DNA of 64,000 nt from NCBI GenBank assembly GCA_049860595.1, contig CP187551.1; one strand, 5' to 3'. Both the position numbers and the translations under genes were made by a program. The DNA is from Methanocaldococcus sp. 16A. Its GTDB lineage: Archaea; AGJL01; Methanococci; Methanococcales; Methanocaldococcaceae. The first letter of the stretch is position 1. Each line of letters starts with the position of its first letter. Shown in pieces: positions 54,932 to 63,689 of the stretch. Under the pieces are notes generated by a model that was given only the letters and a program-made list of their open reading frames with translations, searched no databases and was not told where the DNA came from.

Positions 54932-55639
54932 TTATCTATTTTTCAAACGTAACTCAATATAAACTATCGTTACTACAAAAATCACCAATATTGTAAGCCA
55001 GAATAATATCTGTCCATAAATTGGTAGTTTTGGTAGAGGAAGAACTGAAAACTCTGCTTTAACAATAAATAATGTATCTTTTGGTATTTGGGAACTTATC
55101 CCATCTGGTTCCTGATAAGTTAAATGATAAGGTGACTTAAAGTTTATATTAAATTTTCTTACATTTAAATCGCATCCAACAGGAATTGAAACAGTTTTAA
55201 ATAGAATTCCATTAGCAACTATATCTGCATCATATTCAATAACTAAGGTTATATTTTCTCCACTTTCTATTGGTTCCCATATTTGATACTCTATAACTGT
55301 GTATGTATCTCTATAAATTACATTGACATCCATTGGATATTTTTGATTTCCAATTATATAATATCCTTTTAAATTTTTAATCTCTACTGGTTTTTTTTCA
55401 TTTGTAGAGGGGATGGGAATTATAAATATCTTTTTTGATTCTTCTTTTTGTAATCTTAATTCCCCAATACCAGGAACTATTGGATATTTAACAATATTCT
55501 TTATTGTTATTACATTTGTTATATGTGTTGGGTTTTTGATTAAATCTACTGTCATTTCATAGTTTGAAATTTCTTCCACATCTGCAAATACAGGCGACAT
55601 TAAAACTAAGAATATAAAAAATACTATGACCTTCTTCAT
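54932..55639 (-). CDS. membrane-anchored secreted beta-sandwich protein
   Basis: Signal peptide (MKKVIVFF...VFA), beta-rich body, Pro-rich linker, C-terminal TM plus RLKNR. Confidence 0.75.
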   Translation of the reverse strand: MKKVIVFFIFLVLMSPVFADVEEISNYEMTVDLIKNPTHITNVITIKNIVKYPIVPGIGELRLQKEESKKIFIIPIPSTNEKKPVEIKNLKGYYIIGNQKYPMDVNVIYRDTYTVIEYQIWEPIESGENITLVIEYDADIVANGILFKTVSIPVGCDLNVRKFNINFKSPYHLTYQEPDGISSQIPKDTLFIVKAEFSVLPLPKLPIYGQILFWLTILVIFVVTIVYIELRLKNR

Positions 55640-55787
55640 TTTCCCCCTTTTTTTGTTTATTTTTTATATCCATATATAATCAGACATATAAAAATTTAGT
55701 TAATAAAATTAATAAAATTAGAAGGTTTAAAATTAAAAGTATAATTATCATGTTTAATTAAAATTTAAAAATTCAAAAAAGAGCTAA

Positions 55788-57668
55788 TTAGAGGGCATAT
55801 TTCTTCAATCTTATTATTGTTCCTAATCCTACCATTGCTGTTAGTAATGCTAATAATGGCTCATAGTTTTTATCAATAGCTCCACTTACAGCAGTTATTT
55901 TCGGTGAGGTTCTAGGTAATAGAGAGTTTCTAGGGTCAATACCAACGATGAACACATCACTTGGATAAAAATTTCCAGTTCCGTTTAATGTATAGTGAAT
56001 TACTACTGTTTGGTTGTTATTTATTTCATCTCCATCTGTCCAACTACCATCTCCATCTGCTCCAGGATATATTGAATGTAATGCATATATTAAACTGTAG
56101 TTGTATCTATCATTTGTTGTTATTGTTTTAGTTGTGTTATATATTTCCATTTCTGATGTATTTACCCAATCGTTTGACCTTGTGAAGTTATTTGGAATTA
56201 GGTCATAGACATATACATACTCAGGAGTCTTTGCACTACCTATGTTTTCAACTACGATATATATATCGTAAGTCCCATCTGAATTTGGAACTATATGTTT
56301 AGTTACTTTAAGTAAGTATCCTCCTACAACATAGATTTTTTCAATTATAGTGTATGAACTTCCGTATTTGCTATCATATTGTTGAACTGAGTAATTTAGT
56401 AAGGTTATATTATCATCTACTACTTTAAATGTGCAGTTTGCCCATACAACAGGAACTTCTTCAAATGTGAAGCTATACTTAGATGTGTTCCAGAACTCTC
56501 CTGGATTTAATATTTTAGGTAATGGACTACCAAATATGTGTTGTGAGCCAGAAATTAAAAGATTTGTATTAAATGGGTCTGTATTTGTTGGGTTACTTCC
56601 ATTCACTGCCCATAAAGTAACATTTGTTAAGTTGAAGCTGTAAGTTTTAGCTAAGTTTGTGAAGTTTGCTCTTTCATACCAGATATTGAATGTTCCACTT
56701 GATGAATTATAATAAGGTCCTTCTTTGTATGCTTGTATAACACCATTCCCTGTAGCATAAACTCCTAATATTGTAGTATTACTTATTGTTCCATTGAATC
56801 TGAATTTAATCACAGCAAAACCATAATCTACATTTAGTACGATATTACTCCTATTAATAGGGAATGTGTTACTTGTATTAATTGTTATGTTTATACTTGC
56901 ATTTTGTGAGTTATTTAAAATAACACCTGTCCAATTTAGGGCATCATTTGCAGTTCCTGTAAAATAAGGTCCATTCCACAATATATAACTACCCGTGCTA
57001 GTTTCAACTTTTGTTATGTTCAATAGTGTCCAGTTGCCATCTCCATAGTCTGAACTGCTATTACTTAAATATTTTGTTAATTCAACATAAACTTCTGTAT
57101 TTGGAGAAGGTAAAGCTGAGATATTTCTTGTTAGATTTATATAAATTGTCCAATTCCAATCCCTCTGAGCAGGTACTTTTGTTGTAGAATAACTTTCACT
57201 TAAAATAATTGGAACTCCCTCAATAGAATCATTAATATCAAACTTTAATACAACCCATGAATTATTAGGCAGAATTGGAATGTGTATGTATGTATTAGCA
57301 TTGGTGTTAGTTAATCCAGTATATGCAGGAGGTTTTGAAACTATACTTATTGAATCTGCCTTAGGAACTGTAGTCAATGCATAATCCACACTTAAAGGAG
57401 AAACATTATTAGACAAATTCACAGCTATCCACACATCGGACAATGTATCATTAATATCATTTGCTGTATTGTTTATAATTATATATCCTGTTATATCGTA
57501 GCTTTCAATCTTTACTCCTTCTACGGTTGCATTAGCTGTTATATTATACTTTTCTATATAGTTTATATATAAAGGCCCATTATCTCCATAAGCAGATACT
57601 ATAGACAACATTCCTAAAACACATAATATCATTCCCAACAACGAAATAAACTTTTTCATATTCATCAC
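55788..57668 (-). CDS. secreted Ig-like surface glycoprotein with C-terminal membrane anchor (626 aa)
   Basis: Signal peptide (..IVSA), Asn/Thr-rich beta domains, LKVTK...VENIG...YVYDLIP (DUF11-like), FIVGIDP, then TM plus RLKK. Confidence 0.8.
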   Translation of the reverse strand: MMNMKKFISLLGMILCVLGMLSIVSAYGDNGPLYINYIEKYNITANATVEGVKIESYDITGYIIINNTANDINDTLSDVWIAVNLSNNVSPLSVDYALTTVPKADSISIVSKPPAYTGLTNTNANTYIHIPILPNNSWVVLKFDINDSIEGVPIILSESYSTTKVPAQRDWNWTIYINLTRNISALPSPNTEVYVELTKYLSNSSSDYGDGNWTLLNITKVETSTGSYILWNGPYFTGTANDALNWTGVILNNSQNASINITINTSNTFPINRSNIVLNVDYGFAVIKFRFNGTISNTTILGVYATGNGVIQAYKEGPYYNSSSGTFNIWYERANFTNLAKTYSFNLTNVTLWAVNGSNPTNTDPFNTNLLISGSQHIFGSPLPKILNPGEFWNTSKYSFTFEEVPVVWANCTFKVVDDNITLLNYSVQQYDSKYGSSYTIIEKIYVVGGYLLKVTKHIVPNSDGTYDIYIVVENIGSAKTPEYVYVYDLIPNNFTRSNDWVNTSEMEIYNTTKTITTNDRYNYSLIYALHSIYPGADGDGSWTDGDEINNNQTVVIHYTLNGTGNFYPSDVFIVGIDPRNSLLPRTSPKITAVSGAIDKNYEPLLALLTAMVGLGTIIRLKKYAL

Positions 57669-57830
57669 TATCCCTCCATCTATATAAAGTTTAAATAAAG
57701 TTTAAATTATATTTTAAATATATTTACCTTTCGAAACTGTTTAATTTTTTATAGATAAAGATAGACATTAATGGATTTTCATTACAAAATATTTATATAT
57801 AAGTATATATAAAGAAATAGAAATTATAAC

Positions 57831-58050
57831 TGCCCCAGATGCGGGAGAAAATGATGTCCCATGAGGAGCAATTATTGTCGAATTTTAACTAACAGGCGGA
57901 GCCGAGGTCCCTGTGGCTGGAGCTGAGGTCGATGGTTTACCCCACAATGAACCCAGAGGGAAGTTGAGACCGAGAAAGCCCAAATTCTACATGGATGTTT
58001 GTCTATAATTGTCTGTTGGACAGACACCACATAGATATAGATGAACAGAA
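57831..58050 (+). ncRNA. candidate structured GC-rich RNA; probable IS200/IS605 tnpB 3' remnant (omegaRNA-like)
   Basis: GC-rich island in AT-rich intergenic DNA, TATA-like TATATATAAA at ~57804-57813, hairpin TGTCTGT-TGG-ACAGACA (58010-58026), degenerate CPRCG reading at the 5' end. Confidence 0.5.
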
Positions 58051-58162
58051 TATATATGCTTTATAGATACAATCTTTAGACACTACAAAAATAATAACAA
58101 CTCAATATATGAATATTTTGGTATTAAAATTACTGATATCCAAAATTAGAATATAAAATAAT

Positions 58163-58254
58163 TAGGATTTTCACAAGAATAACTAATAATAATGAACTTT
58201 GATACTTTTAGCATCATAACTACCTTAATAAATATACAAACTGCAAAAGTCCTA
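58163..58254. repeat. MITE-like intergenic repeat, family A
   Basis: TAGGATTTTCACA ... CTGCAAAAGTCCTA. Confidence 0.7.
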
Positions 58255-58255
58255 C

Positions 58256-58367
58256 TATAGTTTTGTGCAAAATAAACTAAACTTTATAAGGAAAATTTGA
58301 ATGTCTTCCAAAAAGAAGACATTCATCAATGCTTTATTCATTATAAATCCTTTTGCACAAAAGTATA
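58256..58367. repeat. second MITE-like palindromic element (family B)
   Basis: TIR TATAGTTTTGTGCAAAA / TTTTGCACAAAAGTATA with central hairpin GAATGTCTTC-CAAAAA-GAAGACATTC. Confidence 0.75.
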
Positions 58368-58371
58368 AATT

Positions 58372-59847
58372 TTAATTCAATAGCATATTAATTCCTTCCA
58401 TAACTGCATCTACAGAGGCTCTTATTATATCTGCATCAGATTTTCTAACTTCAACAATTTCAGTTCCTTTTCTTAATTTAACAACAACCTCTATTAAAGC
58501 ATCTGTTCCTCCCCCAATTGCCTCAACTCTATACTCTTCTAACTTAATATCTGCTACTCCACTTATTGCTTTTCTTACAGCATTTATTGCTGCATCTACC
58601 GGCCCTACACCATAAGCAGTTTCGATTAAAGTTATATCTTCCCCTATATAATGAAGTTTAACAGAAGCAATTGGAGTTATTTTATTTCCAGAAACAACAG
58701 TTAATTCGTCTAATTTAATTTTCTCCTCTACTACTTTTCCAGTAACTTCCCTAACTATGGCTAACAAATCAGCGTCTGAGATATATTTACCTAAATCTCC
58801 AAATTCTTTAATTCTTTCATAGATTATGTTTAATTGCTCCTCACTAACATCTATTCCCATTAAATCAAGTTTATATTTTAAAGCTTTTCTTCCAGAATGC
58901 TTTCCTAAGATAATTCTTCTTCTATTTCCAACCATTTCTGGTTTTATTGGTTCATAGGTCTCAGTATTTTTTATTAAACCATCAACATGTATTCCTGCTT
59001 CATGAGCAAATGCATTATCTCCAACAATTGCCTTATTTGGTGGAACAGGAAGTTTCATCAATCTTGAAACAATTCTTGAAACTTCATACAACTTCTCCAT
59101 CTTTATATTTGTATCATAACCATAGAGTATTTTTAAAGCAGTTACAACTTCTTCCAATGAAGCGTTTCCTGCTCTTTCTCCAATACCATTAACCGTTACA
59201 TGGCACTGAACTGCCCCTCCTAAAACAGCTGAGCAGGTATTTGCTGTAGCCATTCCAAAGTCGTTATGGCAGTGAACTGATACTGGTAAATTAACGTTCT
59301 CAGTTATTTTTTTAAATAACTCTACACTCTTTTGTGGTGTTAAAACCCCTACTGTATCACAAACACAAACTCTATCTGCTCCAACCTTTTCTCCTTCATT
59401 AAACAATTTTATTAAGAAATTTACATCACTTCTTGTTGCATCCTCTGCAGACAACTCAACTATCAATCCATGTTCTTTAGCATATTCTACAGCTTTTAAA
59501 GCAGATTCCAAAACCTCGTCTTCTGTTTTTCTTAGCTTATATTTCATATGGATTGGTGATGTAGGCACTACTAAATGAACACTATCTACATCACATTCTA
59601 AGGCTGCATCTATATCTATTGGTAAAGCTCTAACAAATGAACAGATTTCAGCATTTAATCCCTCTTTTGTTATTAATTTTATTCCTTCTCTCTCCCCTTT
59701 TGAAGTTATAGCTGAACCTGCCTCTATAACATCAACTCCCAACACATCTAACTTTCTTGCTATCTCTAACTTATCATTTGGTGTTAAAGAAACTCCTGGT
59801 GTTTGTTCTCCATCCCTCAAAGTTGTATCAAATATCCTCACTTTCAT
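58372..59847 (-). CDS. cimA: (R)-citramalate synthase
   Basis: [37 protein letters not shown]-terminal regulatory domain (GVGPVDA); VRALPIDID / VVPTSPIH resemble methanococcal CimA rather than LeuA/AksA. Confidence 0.85.
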   Translation of the reverse strand: MKVRIFDTTLRDGEQTPGVSLTPNDKLEIARKLDVLGVDVIEAGSAITSKGEREGIKLITKEGLNAEICSFVRALPIDIDAALECDVDSVHLVVPTSPIHMKYKLRKTEDEVLESALKAVEYAKEHGLIVELSAEDATRSDVNFLIKLFNEGEKVGADRVCVCDTVGVLTPQKSVELFKKITENVNLPVSVHCHNDFGMATANTCSAVLGGAVQCHVTVNGIGERAGNASLEEVVTALKILYGYDTNIKMEKLYEVSRIVSRLMKLPVPPNKAIVGDNAFAHEAGIHVDGLIKNTETYEPIKPEMVGNRRRIILGKHSGRKALKYKLDLMGIDVSEEQLNIIYERIKEFGDLGKYISDADLLAIVREVTGKVVEEKIKLDELTVVSGNKITPIASVKLHYIGEDITLIETAYGVGPVDAAINAVRKAISGVADIKLEEYRVEAIGGGTDALIEVVVKLRKGTEIVEVRKSDADIIRASVDAVMEGINMLLN

Positions 59848-60015
59848 AACAATCCCTCATAAAAATAATATTAATAAGTAGGAGGTTTGGTTGATTTAAT
59901 GAATTTAATACTAATAAAAACTGTTTCAAATATTGGTTATAATATATTTAAAATTTTAGGTGAAATATCTAAAAACTAAAATCTGAAAATAGTATCAGTG
60001 CTGAACTACTTTTCT

Positions 60016-60078
60016 CATCCATAGGAGAAAACATCCTATTGGGATACCACCTAATACCTCTGCCTTTGGCAGAGGTAT
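60016..60078. repeat. double-hairpin intergenic element (possible terminator or repeat remnant)
   Basis: ATAGGA...TCCTAT stem followed by perfect 11-bp stem ATACCTCTGCC-TTT-GGCAGAGGTAT. Confidence 0.55.
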
Positions 60079-60090
60079 AAAATTTAAATT

Positions 60091-61629
60091 CTATTTATTA
60101 ACAACTTTCCCAGTTATCGACCTTCTTCCATAATCAACAATTTCAACATCAACAAATTCTCCAATTTTAAGATTTTTATCTAAAATTCCAACTAACAATG
60201 GATAGCTTCCAAACTGCCTTCCAAAATATAAGCCATCTTTCTCTTTAACTTCAACAAATACATCTCTTAATATTGTTCCTTTTGGTACAACCCTTTTAAG
60301 CATTTTATTATCTATCTCTTCTCTAACTTTTTCTTTAAACCATAAAAATAATTTTTTTCTTTTCTCTGCTTTTTTTATATCTTTTAGAGTTATTTTAGTT
60401 CCAAAGAATGGAACAACTTGCCTTATGTTAATCCTTCTAATCATAAAGCCCCTATCATAAATTTCTTTTAAATATTCAAAATTTATAGTAAATGTTTCTT
60501 TTCTCTCTCCCTTTAATCCAAACAATAGATTTATACCTGGCAATAAATATGGCAATCCTGTTTCTCCTCTTTTTTTTCCTATAGAGTTTAAAATTTCTAC
60601 AGCTTTTAAAACATCTTCTGGTGTTGTTAACAAATTATTTGCTTTAATTACTTTTTCATCAAAACTCTCAACACCAAAAGCTGCTACATTTCCAGAAGTG
60701 CAGTATTTAACTAATATTTTAGCTACTTCTCTACTCTCATTTTCATGCCTTGCTATCACTGCAGGATTGGCATTATCTATATGCAAGACCTTTGGATTAG
60801 AAACATTTCTAATGCCTTCAAATAATTTTTCAATTGCCTCAACATTTGGTTTTGGAACCTCTTCTTTTTCTGAATCAATAGCTTTATAAGAAAACATACA
60901 TGGCTGTCTTCCAATTCTAAAATATCTTATTCCTTCATCATACAATGCCTTAATCTCATCAACAATATCTTTCTCCTCTCTAAATTTAGGTAGTCCAAAC
61001 CTTCTCGGCTCTGTGCAGAAAGAGCATCCTCCAGTTAAAGCTCTTGAACAACCCCTATAAGTCTCAATCTCAGCTATTATATATGGATAATTTGGATGCT
61101 TTTTAACAACTTTAGCTCCTCTAATAGCATATTCTCTCAACTCATTATAACTTCTACATCTATTAAAATCAATTTTTTCTATACTTCTCTCTCTTAATAA
61201 ATCATTTAAAACAGCTTCCAAATCACCATCAACAATTACATCAAAAAATGCTTTATATTTACTCTCATCTTCTATCTTTCCTCCAATCATTGAAGAACCA
61301 TATTTTGTTGCTGCAGGTCCCCCTAAAATTTTTAAACCATCATATCTATAAAGTATAGATACAAACTCCTTTAATGTGGCAGGATTTGCATTTAAATACT
61401 TTCCTGGTGTGTGAAAGCCACATATGCAAATTATTGCATCGTATTTATCTAAACTAAAGTTTCCCCTAATCTCTCTAAATTTATCGATAGTTATATAATC
61501 CACTTCAACATTATATTTATCTAAGACACCATAGGCATATCTTGGATAAGTGCCTATATAAGGAGGAACTCCCAAACCCGCTGGTTCATCTGTATAGCCA
61601 TCTAAAATTAATGCTCTTTTTATTATCAT
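60091..61629 (-). CDS. radical SAM protein with C-terminal TRAM domain
   Basis: DGYTDEPAGLGVPPY, ETYRGCSRALTGGCSFC cysteine motif, C-terminal TRAM (YGRRSITG); start moved to ATG 61629 (GGGGAT RBS). Confidence 0.85.
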   Translation of the reverse strand: MIIKRALILDGYTDEPAGLGVPPYIGTYPRYAYGVLDKYNVEVDYITIDKFREIRGNFSLDKYDAIICICGFHTPGKYLNANPATLKEFVSILYRYDGLKILGGPAATKYGSSMIGGKIEDESKYKAFFDVIVDGDLEAVLNDLLRERSIEKIDFNRCRSYNELREYAIRGAKVVKKHPNYPYIIAEIETYRGCSRALTGGCSFCTEPRRFGLPKFREEKDIVDEIKALYDEGIRYFRIGRQPCMFSYKAIDSEKEEVPKPNVEAIEKLFEGIRNVSNPKVLHIDNANPAVIARHENESREVAKILVKYCTSGNVAAFGVESFDEKVIKANNLLTTPEDVLKAVEILNSIGKKRGETGLPYLLPGINLLFGLKGERKETFTINFEYLKEIYDRGFMIRRINIRQVVPFFGTKITLKDIKKAEKRKKLFLWFKEKVREEIDNKMLKRVVPKGTILRDVFVEVKEKDGLYFGRQFGSYPLLVGILDKNLKIGEFVDVEIVDYGRRSITGKVVNK

Positions 61630-61640
61630 AATATCCCCGC

Positions 61641-61709
61641 AAAATTGCCGATGATGAAGATTGGCTTTGCTGATTGGTGTGATGAGCCGTATGAGCACTG
61701 AGGCTGTAA
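61641..61709 (+). ncRNA. box C/D methylation-guide sRNA (sR8-like)
   Basis: C box ATGATGA 61651-57, D' CTGA 61670-73, C' GTGATGA 61679-85, D CTGA 61698-701, two 12-nt guides, terminal GCC/GGC stem; closely resembles M. jannaschii sR8 as recalled. Confidence 0.92.
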
Positions 61710-61728
61710 ATAATAAAATAAAAAAGAT

Positions 61729-62358
61729 TTATTCTTCAAACAAACTAAATATATGTTCACTCCAATTTATCCACAAATCATTAACTCTCTTACTTTTTTC
61801 AAAAGTTTGCATAATTATATAATAATTCCCAACCTTTCTATAATAGCAGTAACTAACAGGAAGAAGTTTATCTTTTGGAATGAATTCATAATAGGTATAA
61901 TAACCAAATGCATCTCTTTGTGAGTATTTTTTAACATCATTATATAAATAAGCATAAGAGAAATCAATAGGTTTTGTGCTAACTTCAAATGTAACATTAA
62001 ACCCTCCATTATTGTATTTTTTTATTACATATCCATCAGATTCTATCGTCTTTTCATAAGAAAGATTTAAAAACATATCATCTATATCTATATTTTTTGA
62101 AAAATCGTATTTTTTAGTTTCTTTTGTATTATTTGTCATATTATTTGCAATACTTTCATTGTTTTTAATCTTGGTTTTGTTATTATCTTTTAAATTGTCC
62201 ATTTTTAGATTCTCTATTGATTTGTTGTTGTAATTTTGCATATTTTCATTTTTAGTTGATATATATAATTCATTAACCTCTTTTTTTTCATAATTTAAGC
62301 ATCCACAAATAGAGACAATTAAAATCAAAGATAAAAAAAATATTATTAGCTTTTTCAT
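61729..62358 (-). CDS. hypothetical lipoprotein
   Basis: Lipobox SICGC, Asn/Lys-rich linker, globular C-terminal domain. Confidence 0.7.
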   Translation of the reverse strand: MKKLIIFFLSLILIVSICGCLNYEKKEVNELYISTKNENMQNYNNKSIENLKMDNLKDNNKTKIKNNESIANNMTNNTKETKKYDFSKNIDIDDMFLNLSYEKTIESDGYVIKKYNNGGFNVTFEVSTKPIDFSYAYLYNDVKKYSQRDAFGYYTYYEFIPKDKLLPVSYCYYRKVGNYYIIMQTFEKSKRVNDLWINWSEHIFSLFEE

Positions 62359-62401
62359 AAGCTATCCCTTACTAAATTTTTAACCAAAAAAAATTATAAA
62401 A

Positions 62402-63502
62402 TTATTCTAAAACAGCTTTCTCTAAATCTTCTGGTCTATGTAACTCTCCACCAATTTTATCAACTAAAACTACTTCATCAGCTTTTTTACAAACTCTTTC
62501 GACTTCATAATATATTTGTCCTAAGTTCATCTCTGGGACTATAACCTTTTTTGCCTTTAACTTTTTCAACAACTCATCTGGGAATGGATAGACGGTTATT
62601 AATCTTATGTATCCTACATCCAGTCCCTTTTCCATTAATTTGTTAACAGTGTATTTTACAGTTCTTGAAGGAGTCCCATAGCAAATAAACATTATTTCTG
62701 CATCTAAATTCTCAGCTTCGTATTTAACTATATCATCCTTATTTTTTCTTATTTTATTGACTAATCTTCTAACTAACTTATCATGAGTTTCTGGAGAAAC
62801 ATCTGGGTATCCTCTCTCATCATGAGTTAATCCAGTTATATGCACATTATAACCCTCTCCAAATACTGGCATTGGTGGAACATCAACATCAAAAGGATAA
62901 ACTTTCTTTAGAGGTTTTTCTTCTGGCTTTTTTCTATCAATTATTTCTATGTTGTCATGTAAAACAACCTTCTCTCTCATATGTCCAACTACCTCATCAG
63001 CCATTACAAAAACAGGAACTCTGTATTTTTCAGCATAGTTAAATGCCATTATTGTAAAATCATACATCTCTTGCACTGAGCTTGGAGCTAAAGCAATAAC
63101 TTCATAATCTCCATGGCTTCCCCATCTACACTGCATCATATCTCCTTGAGAAGCCATAGTTGGCTGTCCTGTTGAAGGACCTCCTCTTTGAACATTGACA
63201 ATTACACATGGTGTTTCTGTCATATACGCATATCCAATGTTCTCTTGCATTAAACTAAATCCAGGACCTGAAGTTGCTGTCATTGATTTTAATCCACCCC
63301 AACTTGCACCAATAATTGCTGCTATACTCCCAATCTCATCTTCCATTTGAATATAATATCCTCCAACCTTTGGCAACTCTCTTGCCATTGCCTCAGCTAT
63401 CTCAGTGGAAGGGGTTATAGGATATCCTGCAAAAAATCTACATCCTGCTTTTATAGCTCCTTTTGCACAAGCTTGGTTTCCTTGCATGAATTCTATTTTC
63501 AT
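62402..63502 (-). CDS. korA: 2-oxoglutarate (2-oxoacid):ferredoxin oxidoreductase alpha subunit
   Basis: GNQACAKGA, AGYPITPSTE, QMEDEIGS, TATSGPGFSLMQE, QRGGPSTG. Confidence 0.9.
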   Translation of the reverse strand: MKIEFMQGNQACAKGAIKAGCRFFAGYPITPSTEIAEAMARELPKVGGYYIQMEDEIGSIAAIIGASWGGLKSMTATSGPGFSLMQENIGYAYMTETPCVIVNVQRGGPSTGQPTMASQGDMMQCRWGSHGDYEVIALAPSSVQEMYDFTIMAFNYAEKYRVPVFVMADEVVGHMREKVVLHDNIEIIDRKKPEEKPLKKVYPFDVDVPPMPVFGEGYNVHITGLTHDERGYPDVSPETHDKLVRRLVNKIRKNKDDIVKYEAENLDAEIMFICYGTPSRTVKYTVNKLMEKGLDVGYIRLITVYPFPDELLKKLKAKKVIVPEMNLGQIYYEVERVCKKADEVVLVDKIGGELHRPEDLEKAVLE

Positions 63503-63540
63503 TAAACACACCCTCCATTCATAATTTTAATTTTAGAGCA

Positions 63541-63644
63541 AGGATTTTCGAAGTTTATATATTAAATTTGGAATTTTGACATCTCTATGTATCTACATTC
63601 AATAAAAAAATTTATAATAAAAATTAATTCCTGCAAAAGTCCTA
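63541..63644. repeat. MITE-like intergenic repeat, family A
   Basis: AGGATTTTCGAAG ... CTGCAAAAGTCCTA; internal TTTGGAA-TTTGACATC shared with the 23037 copy. Confidence 0.72.
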
Positions 63645-63689
63645 TTGAAAGTTAGGAATATTATATTGAATATTAATTAACTTAAAATT

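Noticed and set aside
57684-57705. 11-bp tandem repeat ATAAAGTTTAA x2 upstream of the 626-aa gene
   Set aside because: Low-complexity AT-rich sequence; may be chance or slippage, with no supporting evidence for a regulatory role.
57851-57926. Possible second box C/D sRNA (ATGATGT ... CTGA) within the GC-rich island
   Set aside because: Imperfect C box, no properly spaced D'/C' pair and no terminal stem. The island also does not resemble tRNA, SRP or RNase P RNA.
61630-61698. 23-aa N-terminal extension of the radical SAM ORF
   Set aside because: It is the antisense strand of the C/D sRNA; a good RBS precedes ATG 61629.
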